Origin: Protoeuglena noctilucae
Taxonomy: Eukaryota
Direction: 5' to 3'
Length of the DNA: 64,000 nt
NCBI GenBank assembly: GCA_958009085.1
Contig: OY253676.1
Location: forward strand, 310,001-374,000
Shown here: positions 1-13,350 of the stretch, one piece after another
Layout: each line of letters begins with the position of its first letter
Numbering within the stretch: the first letter of the stretch is position 1
Position numbers and translations under genes: made by a program
The notes under the pieces: model-generated
Database searches by the model: none
What the model saw: only the letters and a program-made list of their open reading frames with translations
What the model was told of the DNA's origin: nothing

Positions 1-3000
1 GTCCGCCTGCCGGCGCGACCGCTCGGCGTCGGCGACTGCAGCGTCGTGCAAGGATCCCAGCGCGGCGCAGGTCCCTTCCAGCTCCACGACCTGCACCGGG
101 GAGCGAAGGGGTCACGGCATATGGACTTAAATGACTGCAAGTGTTACTTCACTGCTCATAACGGCAGCAGAAGACCTGAACATTTTCATCGGCGCATCGC
201 TTGCGCATTCCCATTCCCCAGCCTACCTTGCGCTTGAGGTCCTCTGCCGCCGCCTCCAGCTCTGCCACTTTCATCGACCCTCCCAACGCTGCGGACTCCA
301 CGCTCGCTCGCACGCCCCCTCGGGACTCCGCCAACGCCTTGCCAGCCTCGCCGCCCTTCTTGGCACCTTCCGTGCCGCGCGAGGTGCCGCCCACGGTCCC
401 TGCACCACCAGCACTCGGCACCGTCGCCCCCGTTGCATCCCGCACCATCTCGGCCGCCAGCTCCCGCAGCTTCCCCCGCAACGCCGCGACCTCCTCGTCG
501 CGCTCCTTGAGGCGCTTGCGGAAGGCAGTCTCCGCCCGCTGGGCCGCCTCAGCAGCGGCGGCCGCAGCTATGTCCGCCGCAGACGTGCCAGTCGCGCCCC
601 CGCCCTCGCGCCCGTCCCCGCGGCCCGAGCGCCGCGCCTCGCGAGCCTTATCGGCCGCAGCCTCGAGGGCCGCGACGCGGGCCTGCGCCGCTGCGAGGTC
701 CCGCTCCAGCGCCCGTGCTTGCGCTGAGCCATCCGCAACCCCCGTCGATGACGCGGCACGCAGCGCGCCTGCAGCCGCCTCCAGAGCCCGCACGGTCGAG
801 CGCAGACGCGCGCACTCGGCCTCCGCTGCCACCGCGCGCCTGTTTGCCTCCGCGGCGTCCCCCGTTGAAGGTCCCGCGTCTGCCCCACGCACTGCCCCCG
901 ACTCCCCATCAGCCCCCACTGCCCCTTCCGCCGCCCCTTCCGCTGCGCCCTGGGGCCGGGCCGAGGCGGGCGCGCGCGGCGCTGGCATGCGGAAGGGCCT
1001 GCGGCGGATGACGCCGTCCTGCCGGGCGTGGACGTCACCTCGGCGGCAGTCACGGAAGTTGCACCCGCGCTCCTCAATGACAGCTGGCCCCCAGCACTCG
1101 AGCCCCGCCTCCCCGCAACGCGTCACGATGGTCCCCTCGAAGGCAGCCTGGCCCCCGTTGAACACGAATGCGCCGTTGCGCTGGCAGTCCACGATCTCGC
1201 TGCCGCGCATCGCGAGCCGCGTACCTTGGTTCTGCACGCTGACGCCCATGCCGCCGCTGCGGTTGCGGCATTCCCGCACCGTGCACCCCTCCACGTCCAC
1301 GTGTGCACCCCCTGCCACCATGAGACCTCCCCCCACGAGCGTGACGCCCGCCAGGCGCAGGGATGCCCCATCCGACGCCCGCACTGCAAAGGGCAGGTCG
1401 CACCGCAGCGTGCCCCCGGTCACCGTCACGGGGCCATGATCCCCGCGGACGTCGAGCGGCCGCGACAACGCCAGCTCCCGGCCACCCAGGTCGATTGCCC
1501 CGCCCCTCGATACTGCAGCTCGCAGAGACGCCTGCGCACGCAAGGAGACTGGCGATGGAAGACTGAAGCCCAGAGACGATGCATGACTTGCCAAGACTGA
1601 TACAGATAGTAACAGGAGACAGGAACAGTCACAAACAGGATCGCAGCTACTACTGATCGACATGATGCATCGACCCACCTCGTCTGCCACGGTAGCAACT
1701 GTAGCCACGCCGGAAGCTGGCCCCTCCGGAGCCCCCGCCCGCTCCCATGACGCGTCCAGAGGAGGCGTGGCGTCGTCGGCGCCTTCATCTGGCAACGCTG
1801 TGCTTCCAAACCCGGACGCTCGTCCCTCGACACCGACGCTGTCGTCACCGCCGCCATTGCTGCGTCCAGTTCCCGTAGCTAAATCGTGCCGAGACCCATC
1901 CGCGCCTGCCTGGCTCTGAAGGCTCCCCTCCTGCTCGCCCGAAGCCACCCGCTGAGCGTGCATGTCGGCAACTTCGGCGTCGCGATCCGCCAGGGCACGC
2001 TCGTACACAGCCACCGCCTCCGCTGCCGCCGTCTCCGCCGCCCCCGCCACCATCGCCGCCGCCACCGTCTCCGCCGCTCGCAACGCCGCGCCGTCCAGTC
2101 GCCCGCCCTCTCGCACCGCCTTCGCTGCCTCCGCCGCCCGCTCTGATGCCTTCTTGAGCCCCCCGCACCTCCGACTCCGCCTTGGTGGCTCTGCGAACAA
2201 GCAAGCGAGCAAGCGCGTTCTATGTGCGACTCCGCACAAGCATTTCCAAGCTGCTGCCCCTGCATCGTACCAGTGCTGCGCCCAAGCATTATTTGATCCA
2301 AACAGCCAAGCACCCCACCTCGTCTCTGCCGTGCGCAGCCGGTCCCGCGACTCCCTCAGCGCCTTCTCGGTCTGCCCGCGCTGGTCATCGGCGCGCTGGG
2401 CCCGAGTCCGCGCCGCCGCCGCCTCTCGCTCGGCCACCTCCGCCGCCCGCTCCGCCCGCTGCGCCTGGCTCTGTGCCTTCGCGGCCTGTTCTGCGCGGCT
2501 CTTGGCCTCTTCCCTCGCATCGTCCCTCTCGCGGACGGCAGCCTCTGCCTCCTGGCCCCTCCGCGCCGCGAGGGCCTCCGCGGACGCCGCCCGCGACTGC
2601 AGCGCCGCCATCGCCGGGTCGTGCTCGCTGGCGGCGCGCTCTGCCTCCGCTGCACGCGACTCGGCCGCTGCCTGGGACTGCCGCGCTGCCTCCAGCTCTC
2701 GCTTCACCGCGACAGCCTCTTCCTTAGCCACGTCCGCCTCTTTCTTAGCTGCCTCTGCAGCTTCCTTCGCTGCTCTCGCCTCCTCCCTCGCAACCTCCGC
2801 GTCTCTCTTGGCAGCGTCCGCTGCGGCCCCCGCTGCCCGCACCTCGCCCCTCGCCGCCTCCGCCTCGCGTCTCGCTCGCTCCGCCTCCTCTTTCGCAGCT
2901 TCTGCCTCCCTCCTGCGCTCCTCCGCCTCGCGCACCGCGCCCTGCCCCTCCCTCCTCGCAGACTCTGCTTCCGCCCGCGCCCCCGCCGCCTCACGCCTGG

Positions 3001-6000
3001 CCGCCTCCGCTTCGCCGCGTGCGGTCGCCGCCTCTTCCCGTGNNNNNNNNNNNNNNNNNNNNNNNNNNNNNNNNNNNNNNNNNNNNNNNNNNNNNNNNNN
3101 NNNNNNNNNNNNNNNNNNNNNNNNNNNNNNNNNNNNNNNNNNNNNNNNNNNNNNNNNNNNNNNNNNNNNNNNNNNNNNNNNNNNNNNNNNNNNNNNNNNN
3201 NNNNNNNNNNNNNNNNNNNNNNNNNNNNNNNNNNNNNNNNNNCCCGCGCCCCCTCTGCCTCCACCCGCGCCTGCGCGCACGCCGCCTCCAGCGCCGCCAC
3301 CTGCGCCCCGCGCCGCCCCCGCCTCCGCCACAGCCCTGGCCCGCGCCTCCTCTGCCCGGCGCACCGTAGCGGCCGCGTCCGAGGGCACCGTGCTCCCACC
3401 CGCCCCGCCGATCGCGGCCTCGAGAGAGCGAACCCGCTCCTCCGCGAGCTGCGCACGCGCCTCCGCCTGCGTCGCCCGCGTCAAGGCATCCTCTCCTGCC
3501 ACTGCGCGTGCTTCGGACGCACCCACCCCAGGCGCCCCGCCCCTGCCTGCACCTCCACCGCCCTGCGACCGCAACTGCGCCCTGAGAGCCTCCGCCTCCG
3601 CTTGCAGCTCCGCCACCTGCCCCCGGAGCTTCTGTGCTTCCGCTGTTGCTGATGTGGAAGACGCCCCGCCCCTCGCATCGACGCCCCGCACCCGCGACTC
3701 CGCCTCCAGCCGCGCCACCTCCGCCTGGGCATCCGCCAGCTGAGCCCGCAGCCCCCTCTCTTCACCGGCACCGGCCCCGGTCGCGTTCGACGGCGCACCT
3801 CCCGCAGCAGCGTTACTGGCAACCCTCTCGGCACGCAACTGCGCCACCTCCGCCCGAAGCCCCTCCAGCTCCGCCTCGACCGACCCTTCCCGGCCCACAC
3901 CATCTGCCCCTGCCTGTGCGGAGTCGACACCGTCACCACGGACGGCGATGCCGGGGGAACCCACGGGGCCCGCTTGCTGTGCCCCAAGGGACTGGGCCCT
4001 GGCCCTGTTGTCGTCGCGTAGAGCCTCAGCCCCCTCGCTCGCCCTGGCATCTGCCTCCAGCCCCTGCAGCGCCTCCGCGCCGCCCAGCTCCGCCAGCCGA
4101 CGCAGCGCCGCACGCAGCCGCACGCGGGTCCGCTCTGCGTCCTCTGCAGCCATTGCCGCTGCTGCCGTTGTGCCCGCTTGCGCCACCGCCGCCCACGCCG
4201 CGCCGTCCGCGCCTCCCGCTGCGCCGTTGAGCTGCAGGGCGCGTTGGGAGATGGCTCGGGAAGACGGGCCTTGAGGGGCGACCCAGCATTGAAGCTGGCC
4301 TGGCTTGTGAGGCGGGATGGAGATGCGGAGGGCGGGGCGAAGGCCGCCGTTGACGGCGTGCGCAGCGGGGGGCCCTTGACTTGGGCCCCTGGTGTGTTGG
4401 AAACGGACGTGGCGTTCTCGTCAATCACCGACGCGGGCGCCAAGGCCGCCGATGCCTCGCTGATGGCACCCGACAGCTCCACGACTTGAGCCTGCAGCGC
4501 CCGGATCGTCGCGTCTGCGGGGAGGCCGGAGATCATAAGGTTGGGTCGCTATGACAGCGACCGAGACTGACAGCGGATGAAAGAGCAGAGGACTTTGCTG
4601 TGAGAGCAACGAACAGCAGATGACGCCATCGTGGTGAATGGGACTCTATGCACGCCCTCACCCTGCTCAGCCAGCTCGGCACTGTACGCCTTGTCGAGGG
4701 CCTCAAAAGCATCGGGCGACAGACTCTCTGGCGCCTTCGTAGCCCCGCCCGCCTTCTTGGACGGAGCGGCGCTCTTCTGGGCCCCCTTGAGCTGCCCCTC
4801 CAGCTTCTGCACTTGCGTCCGCAGCTTGCGCACCTGCAGGGCGGCGGAAGGATTGCACTTGGTTTGGATCCATGCAGACCTCCACACGGATCGCACAATC
4901 ACCACCACCGTGTCCGCAAACCCCACCTGCGCCTCCGAGTCTGCGACCCGCTTGGCTGCAGCCGCGCCCCCAACGTCGGCCTTGTCCTGTGCCGCCGCCT
5001 GCAACGCCCGGTTCGCAGCGCGCACCGCCCCCAGCGCCGCCTCGGCCCTCGCAGCGGCTGCCTTGGCTGCCAGACACGCCTTCCTCTCGGCCTTCAGTGC
5101 CTCTGCCATCTCTGAAGGAGAGCCGAGCCCTGCCAGGGCGCCGCCCGCACCCTCGCCGCCCGCGCCGTCCCCCGCAGCGCCGGACGCCTCCGCGGCGCTC
5201 TGCTCCCGGTCTCGCCGCTCAACACCCACGGGACCCTTGGCCACCTCCGCTTGCCCTGAGGGCCCCGCAGCAACAGGGTCTGCTGCGAGACGCCCCGCCC
5301 ACGCCCCCTCGATCTGCCGACGCAGGGCTTCCGCCTCGGACCGAGCCGCCTCCAACTCCCCTTCGTAGATGTCACGCAAAGCATCGGCCACCGCGCTTGC
5401 CGCACCCTCCGCCGCCGACGCGGCCCCGGCCGCCGCGGGCGCAGACTTGCTCGCCGCACGCACAGTCGCGTCGCGCTTGGCGTCGCGCGTCGCGCGCGCC
5501 TGTGCCGACAGCTGCTCCCGCAGAGCCTTGTTGGTCGTCTGGGCGGCCACCAGCGCGGACTCCGCCCCAGCTGCCCGCCGCTCCATCGCACACAGCTGTT
5601 GCTCCAGGGCAGCGCGCTGCTTCGATGCAGCCTGCGGATGGGAAGAAAGTTTGACTTATAACACTGCTTTGGCCACTGCTCTCTGCTTGGCCACAACACG
5701 TCAGACGCGATGTCACACGCTGCCCTCCCCTGCTATGCAGCCCCGCAGGCACCCTCAGCGCTCGCCTGCTGCTCCTCCGCCCACGTCCCCGGCTTCTTCG
5801 CCACCTCTCCGGCCGCCCGCAACTCTCGCTCCAGCGCTGCCTTCTCCTCCATCAACGTCGCAAGGCGCCGCTCCAACGCACGAAGCTCCTCCTCCACTCC
5901 AACGGCACCCTCCCGGCTAGCCCCGTTGCCCAGCGGCGAGCTGCTCGCGCCACGGGCCCCGTCCGCGCCACCGCGCTGCGCGGTACCTGCAGCGTTGTCC

Positions 6001-9000
6001 ACAGGCCCCGCCACGCCTGGCCCAGCGTCGCCCCTGGGTCCGCTTGGCCTCTCCTCCGCTCCCAGCCCCGCACGCGATGCAGCCGTGGCTCGCTCCAGCT
6101 CCGCGCATCGCGCCTCCAGGGCGGCGTTTGCGGCACGCAGGGCCGTCACTTGCGCGTCACCGCTGCCAGTGCCGCCTGCCGCTGGCGCTTCCTTTGCGTT
6201 AGCCGTCGAGGGTCCCTTGGCACCCTTGCCCGTGCCCCGAGCTGCGCCAGTTGCAGCCTTATCCGCCTTCTTGGCTCCGGCAGCGCCCTTGGCTGGGTAT
6301 GCGTCCAGAGCAGCAGTCGCCTTGCCGGCACCTGTGCGCGTGTGAGCTGCACCGGTCGTGGCCTCCCCATCCCGGGAGCCGTCCGCGTGGCTCGCGTGGG
6401 CCGCCTGCGCCCGCAGCCCGTCCGCCTCGGCAACCAGTGCCGTATGCGTGGCCTGTAGCGCGGCGTGGGATGCTTGCAGTCCCTCCAACTCCGACTGCAC
6501 CGACGCGAGTGCCGATTGCAGCGATGCGTGCGCCGACTGCATGGCCTTGAGGTCCGCCGCGGTCGCCTCCAGCCGAGCGGTGCGGTCCTCCAGGTCCCTC
6601 TCTCGGTCCCGTGTCTCTCGGCGGCTGCGTGGGGAATCCAGACAGACCATTCCAGCCACATCGCCAGCACAAGGAAGTGCCGCAGCCCTGACTAGGCCCG
6701 TCATGGCAGCACCTGTGAGGGTGGCCAAGTGCGCAACGCGTGCCAAATCACACACCCACAGCCGCCCTCACCTGAGCTGCAGCTCCCTCTCCAGATCCGC
6801 GATCCGCTCCGCAGCACGCCCGGCCTCTTCCGCTTGCGTCGACGCCACCCCGCCCGACTGCGTGGCGGCACGGAGCGCGGTCAGGCTGCCCTCGAGTGCC
6901 GCTGCGCGCCCCTCTGCGGCCTCCAGTCGCGAAGCGCTGTCCTCTGTCGCCCTCCGCGCTTCCACCAGCTCCCGGTGCAGGCGCTCTACCTCAGCCTGGG
7001 ACGACGACAGGGACGCCTGCGGAGCATTGCACATCAATGACCACGAGGTTATGGTCCCTCAATCCACAGGGTGCAGTGCAGGGTTTCACGTCTGCACTCC
7101 CATCGCATGCCCCGCCGCTGCCACACCTGCGCCTTGCCGAGCTCGTCCTCCAGCGCAGCGGCCAGAGCGTCCGACTCCGCCACCCGCTCCTCCATCGCTG
7201 CCTGCAAACGCGCCCGCAGCGCCTCCACCCCCGCGCCCTCCCCCGCCGCCGCGACCGCCGCCGCCGCTGCGGACGCCGCCGCTGCACGGACCCTCTGCCT
7301 GGCCCGTAACGCCGCAAGCGAACCCTGGCCCCTCGCCGCCCCCGCCTCTGCCGCCCCAGAGCCCACGGGCGCTGTCTTGCGCGCCAGCTCCCTCTCGAGC
7401 GCCAGCGACCCCGCCCGCGTCTTCTCGAGCTCCTCTCGCAGCGCCTCCAGGTCCTTCTGTGCGTCCGCCAACGTCTTCTGTGCCACCTGCAGCTCGAGCC
7501 GCGTCTGGTGTGCGGCCTTGCGCTCCGCCACCAGCGTGTCCTCCCGCTGGATTAACTGACGCTGCAGCTCTGCCTCCGAGGCGGACGAACTGCGGGGGCA
7601 CAGGGGCAGAGCACGATCAGCATGTAAGGAAGAGTGCAGTGTCGTAAACGGCAGGATTGCTGGGTTTGGGCCGCATGAGCGACCACCACACAATACAGAA
7701 CAAAGGGCCTGTCAGGCACAAAATCGGCCCCTCGGGTCCCTGCGCGCTGTAAGAGGCCCCGCACCCCACGCTCGTCTGCCGGACGACCTCTGCCAGTCGT
7801 GAGGGTCGCTTGGCCAACGGCGAGGGCTTGGCCGGTGAGTTGGTCCCCGCCAGGCGCTTGCCCTGCCGTATCTCTGCCAGCTCCTCCATCGCCTTGTCCA
7901 CGTCTTCAATGTCCATCTTCTCCGACAACCGCTTCTCCAGCGCCCCGGCCTCCCTGCGGTTTCGAATGGGGTGCAAATGGTTGGGATAGAGTGCATGCTG
8001 GCCAAGTCGTGGGCAAGCCATGGACACCACACCCCTGCCCATCCAGGCACACCCCTAGCCGGTACTTCCCATGTGGCACACCTGCCGCACCCACTGCCAC
8101 CGACGGGCACCCCACGCACCTTTGGATCTGCTCAAGGTGTGCGCCGTACTTGGCAGACAGCGTCGCGTAGCTCTCCTCCAGGTCCCGGATGCGCGCCTGC
8201 AGCATCGCGATCAGACTGCTCTCGAGCTCGGCGGGGTCGTCGTCGTCATTGTCGTCACCGTCGCTGGGCCGTTTGGCATTGGCGCGGAGGCTCTCCTCCG
8301 CCTGCAAGTGCGCCGCTGCGGAGGCGAAGCGGGGGGAAAGTGGGGTCACGGCGGGGGCTAATGTTTGCGACTTGGCCCATCGACTGCGCCCTTGGCTCAC
8401 CAACCTGCTCGGTATCCTAGCTTCTAGCCACTCCATCCTAGCACTCACCAACCTGCTCCGTATCCTCGCCCCTAGCTACTCCATTCCATGGCTCACCGAT
8501 CTGCTCCATGGTCCCAGACTTGAGTCGGTGGATGACGCGTGCCTTGTTCGTGATCCTCTTCCTCAGCTCGATCAGCTGCCGGTCCTTCTCGTCCATCAGC
8601 TGCTTCAATTGCAGCAGGCGCTGCTCGGCCTTGGCACTGTCGACCTAGGGACAGCGCAGAGGGGGTACGAGTGGTGCAGAGGGCGAGGGTATGGACGGGG
8701 GTGTAAGCATGGTGGGGGCGAAGGCCGGGGAGGGAGCCCGAGCGAATAAGAAAATGAAATGGGACAAGCACGAAGCAGTACGAAGCGGGAAAGGCATGGG
8801 GTTCATAATTGCTGACGAGGTGCAGTCCACACGTGCCGTGCATAGAACGTGCTGTGGGCGCCGATGGCCCCGCACCTGCTCGATGATGCGTGCGATGAGT
8901 TGCTTGCGCAGGGTGTTGCAGAACATGAGGAGTTCCCGGATGCGGCCCTCAGAGTACTTGGCCAGCTCATCCAGGGACGCCTGCGTGGAAGACCCCGCTA

Positions 9001-12000
9001 ACCATGTTGCTGATAGGGCAAGTCGGTGCAGCTACAACTGGTGCACCAGCAGCCCAATGACCAGTCATGTCAACACCACACTGGTGCTGAGCTTTGCAAC
9101 GACCCGCAACCAGTCTCTGTGCTGCGAGCCGTGCCACCGTACCTCTGCCCTGGCCTTGTCTTCTCGTAGCAACTCCGCCTTCTTCTCCAGCGACGTCCGC
9201 ACTTCGTTGACCTCGATGCGCCGGGCCTTCACATTCTCCTGCAGCTCCCTGCGTTAATAGCGAGACTCGGCCAGATATCAGCTCTGACTTGCTTACCACA
9301 GCAGAGCACAGCGCGGGTGGCGCATGTCATGTCCTGCACACCCGATGGCGTGCCCCTGTCCTGCCAACACCCCCCACACCTCTGCAGCGACTCGGCCTTC
9401 TTCTGTGCCGCACGCAGCTCCTTCTTGGCGTCCTCCAGCGTCCGGTTCGCCTGCTTGGAAGACGCCTCCGAGTCCTCCCTGCGCTTGCGCTCACCCGCCG
9501 CCGCCTGCTCTGCCAGCTTCCACTGCTTCTCGAGCTCCCTGCGAGGCAGGGTGGGATCAAACGTAGTAACTCAGCAGCGTTGAGCGATCAGACCGCGTTG
9601 CCGTCCGGCAGGCACCCGCCCCTGGAGCCCAGCTACAACCCATACAACGGACAGAGACGGGCGCCATCGCAAGCCCCTGCTTCCACCGGCCCCGTGCCCT
9701 CACCGTATCGACGCCTGCAGGCGCTTGGTGTCCCCAGCGGCGGTCCTGGCGGCGGACAGCTCCCCCTCGAGCCGCACCCGCTCCGCAGCTGCCGCGTCCC
9801 TCTCTGCCCGGGCGGCGTCGCGCTCGCTCGCCAGCGCCGCCGCCCGCCTCTCCGCGAACGCCAGTCGCTGCTGCAGGTTCTCGCGCTCCTCGGCGTCCAC
9901 GCGGCGCTCCGACTCGAGCGCTGCGGGGAAGGCAGGCCGGGGGTGACGCGAACAGCCACGTGCCCCTCACCTGCCGCCGGCCGACGCGCCTGCCGCCCGC
10001 CCCTCACCTGCGACCCGCGCCTGGGCCCGCTGCCTGGCCAAGTCCACCGTCTCTTTCTCCTGCGACGCCTTGGCCAGCTCCGCACGCAGAGCCGCGCTCT
10101 CGCGCTCGTAGGCCTGCAGTTCTGCCACACGGGCGACCAGCGACGCGCGCTCCTCCGCCTGTCGCAGGACCTGCCCGTCTGACCGGCCCTGGGTCTTCTC
10201 GAGGGCAGCGTGGAGTGTGTCGATCTCCTCCCTGCGCGGCGCATCGAGGTGGCGGATCCACACGCATGGTCATACGCGACATGCGTGACGTGGCACGCAA
10301 CGGTCTGCCAAGGTCATACATGTGTAAGGAGCACGCGACGTTGGCAGCACAGCATGGACACGCGACGCACCTCAGGGCGTGGACCTGCGCTTCAGCCCTG
10401 TCCGCTGCCCGCCGACGCTCCTCCAGGGCCCTGTCCATCGCCTCCAGCTCCCTCCGACGCTCCTGCGCGTCGCCCTCCCACACCCTCTGCTGCCCGACCT
10501 GGCTCTCCAGCCCCCGGCACCGAGCCAGGGCCGCGTCCCTGTCCTCTGTCGCCTGGGCCAACTGCGGGAAAGCACCATGGGTCAGGGTCAGGGTTGTGTC
10601 ACCAGCCATAGAGTGGGACGTGTCACACCAGCCATAGCGTGTGCTCTCAAGCCATCCTCGTGTGTCCCAGCCCTCACCTCCTTGGTGAGCGTGGCAATCT
10701 GTGCTGCAGCGCTGGCCTCCTGCTGACGCAGGCGCGCCTCGGCCACGTCACGCAGGCCGGTGGCGGATTCCATGTCCACAGTCATCGACAGGACCTGCGC
10801 AGACTCGCAAAGAAAGCGCGTGTTGCAGCGCACAACCGACGCCATCGTGGCTGGCAGCACCTGCAGCCCCGCCGCCCTTGCCGCTCGCCTGCGATTGCAG
10901 CTGCGACTTCTCCTTGGTAAGCCGCGATATGAGGTCCGCGGCGCCGTCCAGCTCTTGCCGGACGCGCGCCAGGTCGCCAGCATGGGACTCCAGAGACTTC
11001 AGCCGCGCCCTAAGAGACTCCGCCTCGTCCTGCGGCAAGAAACCCAGGTTTCGCACACGTTCCCGGCCTTTGCTAGCGATTTGTCCCGTCGCTCCTCGGT
11101 CACGCTGAGAGCCGAGTCACAGCCTCACACACACTGCCCCAAGGTCAGCGGCCAGGAGCCCTCGCGCCTCGCCCCTCACCTGCGCCGCATCCCGCTCCCC
11201 CTCGACCTGGGCCACGAGGCGCTCGAGGTCGTGCGCCTGCGCGGCCAGCTTGTGCCGCTCCTCGTGCCTCAGCTTCAGACGGGTCTCCAGGGCAATGACC
11301 TGTGCTTCGTGGTCCTCGTTGCTCTGACGGAGACGCTGCACCTCACGCTCCAACTGGAGCACCCGGTTGCCGCGCTCCTGCGACTCCTGCAAGGGGAAGA
11401 AAACGCGCCAAGCAGCTTCAGGGACCGCCCAACCCCACCCTGGCCACCGAGAATTGCGGGAACGCATGTGGCACGAACCCAGGCGCCGGGTGCGGACGTC
11501 GCAGTGCCCCCGCGGCCTGCCCACGGACCTCGGCCACCAGCTTGAGCTCGGCATCCAGCTCCCCCGCCTCCCTCTGCAGCTGGTTATACGCCTCGGTCTT
11601 CTCAGAGAGACCATCCTCCAGGCTCCTGACCAGCGCCTGCGATTGAGAAAGACCACGACCCATCATACTGAGGGTACACGTCCGCTTTGGAGGCAAGGTA
11701 GTTGACTCGTGACCTCGCCCGCCTCCCCGCCCTCTCGCTGCACCCTGGCTGCCTCGCCTGCAGGTCCTGCACCCGCTGGCCCTGCACGTCCGCTTCCACG
11801 CGGTGCTCCTCAGCGGCGGCGGCCGTCTTCACTAACAAGTCCTGCGCGATGGCTTTGGTCGACTCGTTGCTCTCCAGGAGGCTCTGGAGCCGCTTTACCT
11901 CCTTTTCTAAAGCCGCGTTGTCCGCCCTGCGTCGCAGCAGACCCCATGGTTGGACGGTTTTGCCCAGGACCCGCACGCCCTGGCCCGCAAGTGACATGGA

Positions 12001-12119
12001 CGACGCAGACGCTCATGACAGCGGGGGCAGGACGCCATCGACACGCGCTGTCCCGAGGCAGTTGTCGACGCACTCACCGGAGGCCCTGGGCCTCCGCAGC
12101 GGCGTTCGGGCTCGTCATA
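1..12119 (-). CDS. Giant multi-exon coiled-coil protein (~3000 aa) with an internal right-handed beta-helix (pectin-lyase-like) domain; 3' end runs off the window
   Basis: Exons can be chained in frame from MTSPNAAAEAQGL(R) (donor 12077) through many E/A/R-rich heptad exons (RADNAALEKEVKRLQSLLE, ASLDELAKYSEGRIRELL, SQAEVERLHRELVEARR...) to the ORF 149..4186 and a further exon 91..1. Beta-helix rungs at ~1000-1540 (VTVTGGTL, LRLAGVTLVGGGLMV, VDVEGCTVREC, LAMRGSEIVDC, AAFEGTIVTRC). Contains N gap 3043-3242. Could be two genes. Confidence 0.7.
2690..3042 (-). repeat. Coding 7-aa (21-nt) degenerate repeat, consensus about ARREAEA
   Basis: REEAATARGEAEAARREAAGARAEAESARRE...AKKEADVAKEEAVAVKRELEA; runs into the assembly gap. 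Confidence 0.7.
3043..3242. other. Assembly gap (200 N)
   Basis: Run of N. Confidence 1.
8396..8511. repeat. 48-bp tandem repeat x~2.4 spanning an exon/intron junction
   Basis: Units start at 8396, 8444 and 8492: ctcaccaacctgctc(g/c)gtatcct..., third partial ctcaccgatctgctc. Confidence 0.85.
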
Positions 12120-13350
12120 CCGCCCGCAGAGCACGAGACGCGGCTGAACCTCGCGCTCAGCGCGCCGGATCCCTGCGCCGGGTGGTCGAGCTGTCCTATC
12201 AGTCCTATCAGTCGCATCCATGGGGCAAGCGACACTGCGTGCCCGCGCCCGTGCAATGGGTTTGAAGCCGAGCTATGCTCGTCCTCGGCGCTCTCGAAAG
12301 GATATGCAGCAGATATTGCGACCCCGCGCAGCGCGGCTGCAGAGGATGCCGCTGAGCCTTTGAACTGAGGGCCGCCCACTCACGGAGAACTCCGTGCTCC
12401 GGACGACACGAGAGGCGCTACCAGCGGGAAATATCCCAGTTGTGAATCATCAGAGCAAGAAATGGCCCTCAGAGTCGGCGTCCCTGGAGCTTGCCAGCAC
12501 CCCCGACGCCCGTCGCAGGTGTCGCGGAGTCAGGCCGACCTTAAAGCTACCGATTCCACCGAAGGTGCTCCATACACGGCGATGCATGCGTGACTGTATG
12601 CCGCAGCACCGACCACTGCTGCGGAAAGCGCCCTTCCACGCGTCCGCCCGACGCCAGGCAACCTAGGGCCTGCCCCCGAGGGCCGGTCGTCCTGACATGA
12701 CCGCGGCGTCGCTCGCCGCTGCTGGCAGAACCGCGTTAGGTAGATCTTGCGTTCTCTCGTTAGCCTGATCCCCTTGTCCGCGTCACCTCAAGCTTTCGCG
12801 TCCCTCCCACCCCGCCAAGGCCCCTCCTCTGCCCCGATTGCCGCCCCTGTATTTGTTGTCCTGAACTTGCGCTGCACAGCTGGCCAGACCGTCGTCGGAG
12901 GCCACCGCTGCGGAGGTGAGCGTGGGAGCGCGCGCAGGGCGTCCCTGGCCCTCCCCATGCCCGACTCGGGCTCTTCGGAGAGACTACGAGGTAGTCTAAA
13001 TCCCCTGATGCCGCGGGGGCGGGCGCCGCGGTCGGAGAAGGGAATCTGTCCTCGTCGCAGCGCGGGGCCGGCATTCCAGGGCAAGCCGGCTTGCCGCGTT
13101 GCCTCGGGAAGGACACAGTGGCGATTTGCCGACCGATCGCGCGCCTGCCGTCCTCGCAGGGCCCAAGAACTGGACGTGGAAGGGAACTCGCGGAATAGCG
13201 CGACCAAGGACGAGCTCGGGGCTTGTTTGAGGGGCTAAGTGGAGCAGTCCGCGTGTCCTGCGTCCGAGGCCCCGACGGGGCGGCCGCTGCGCCCTGGTGG
13301 CGCGTCTCTTGACCGCGCCTTGAGAAGCGTGGCCCCCGCCGGCCCAGACC

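Noticed and set aside
3295..3320. Apparent frameshift in the coiled-coil gene (frame switches to AQVAALEAACAQARVEAE)
   Set aside because: One extra C in a short homopolymer beside an N gap; most likely an assembly error, not recoding or pseudogenisation
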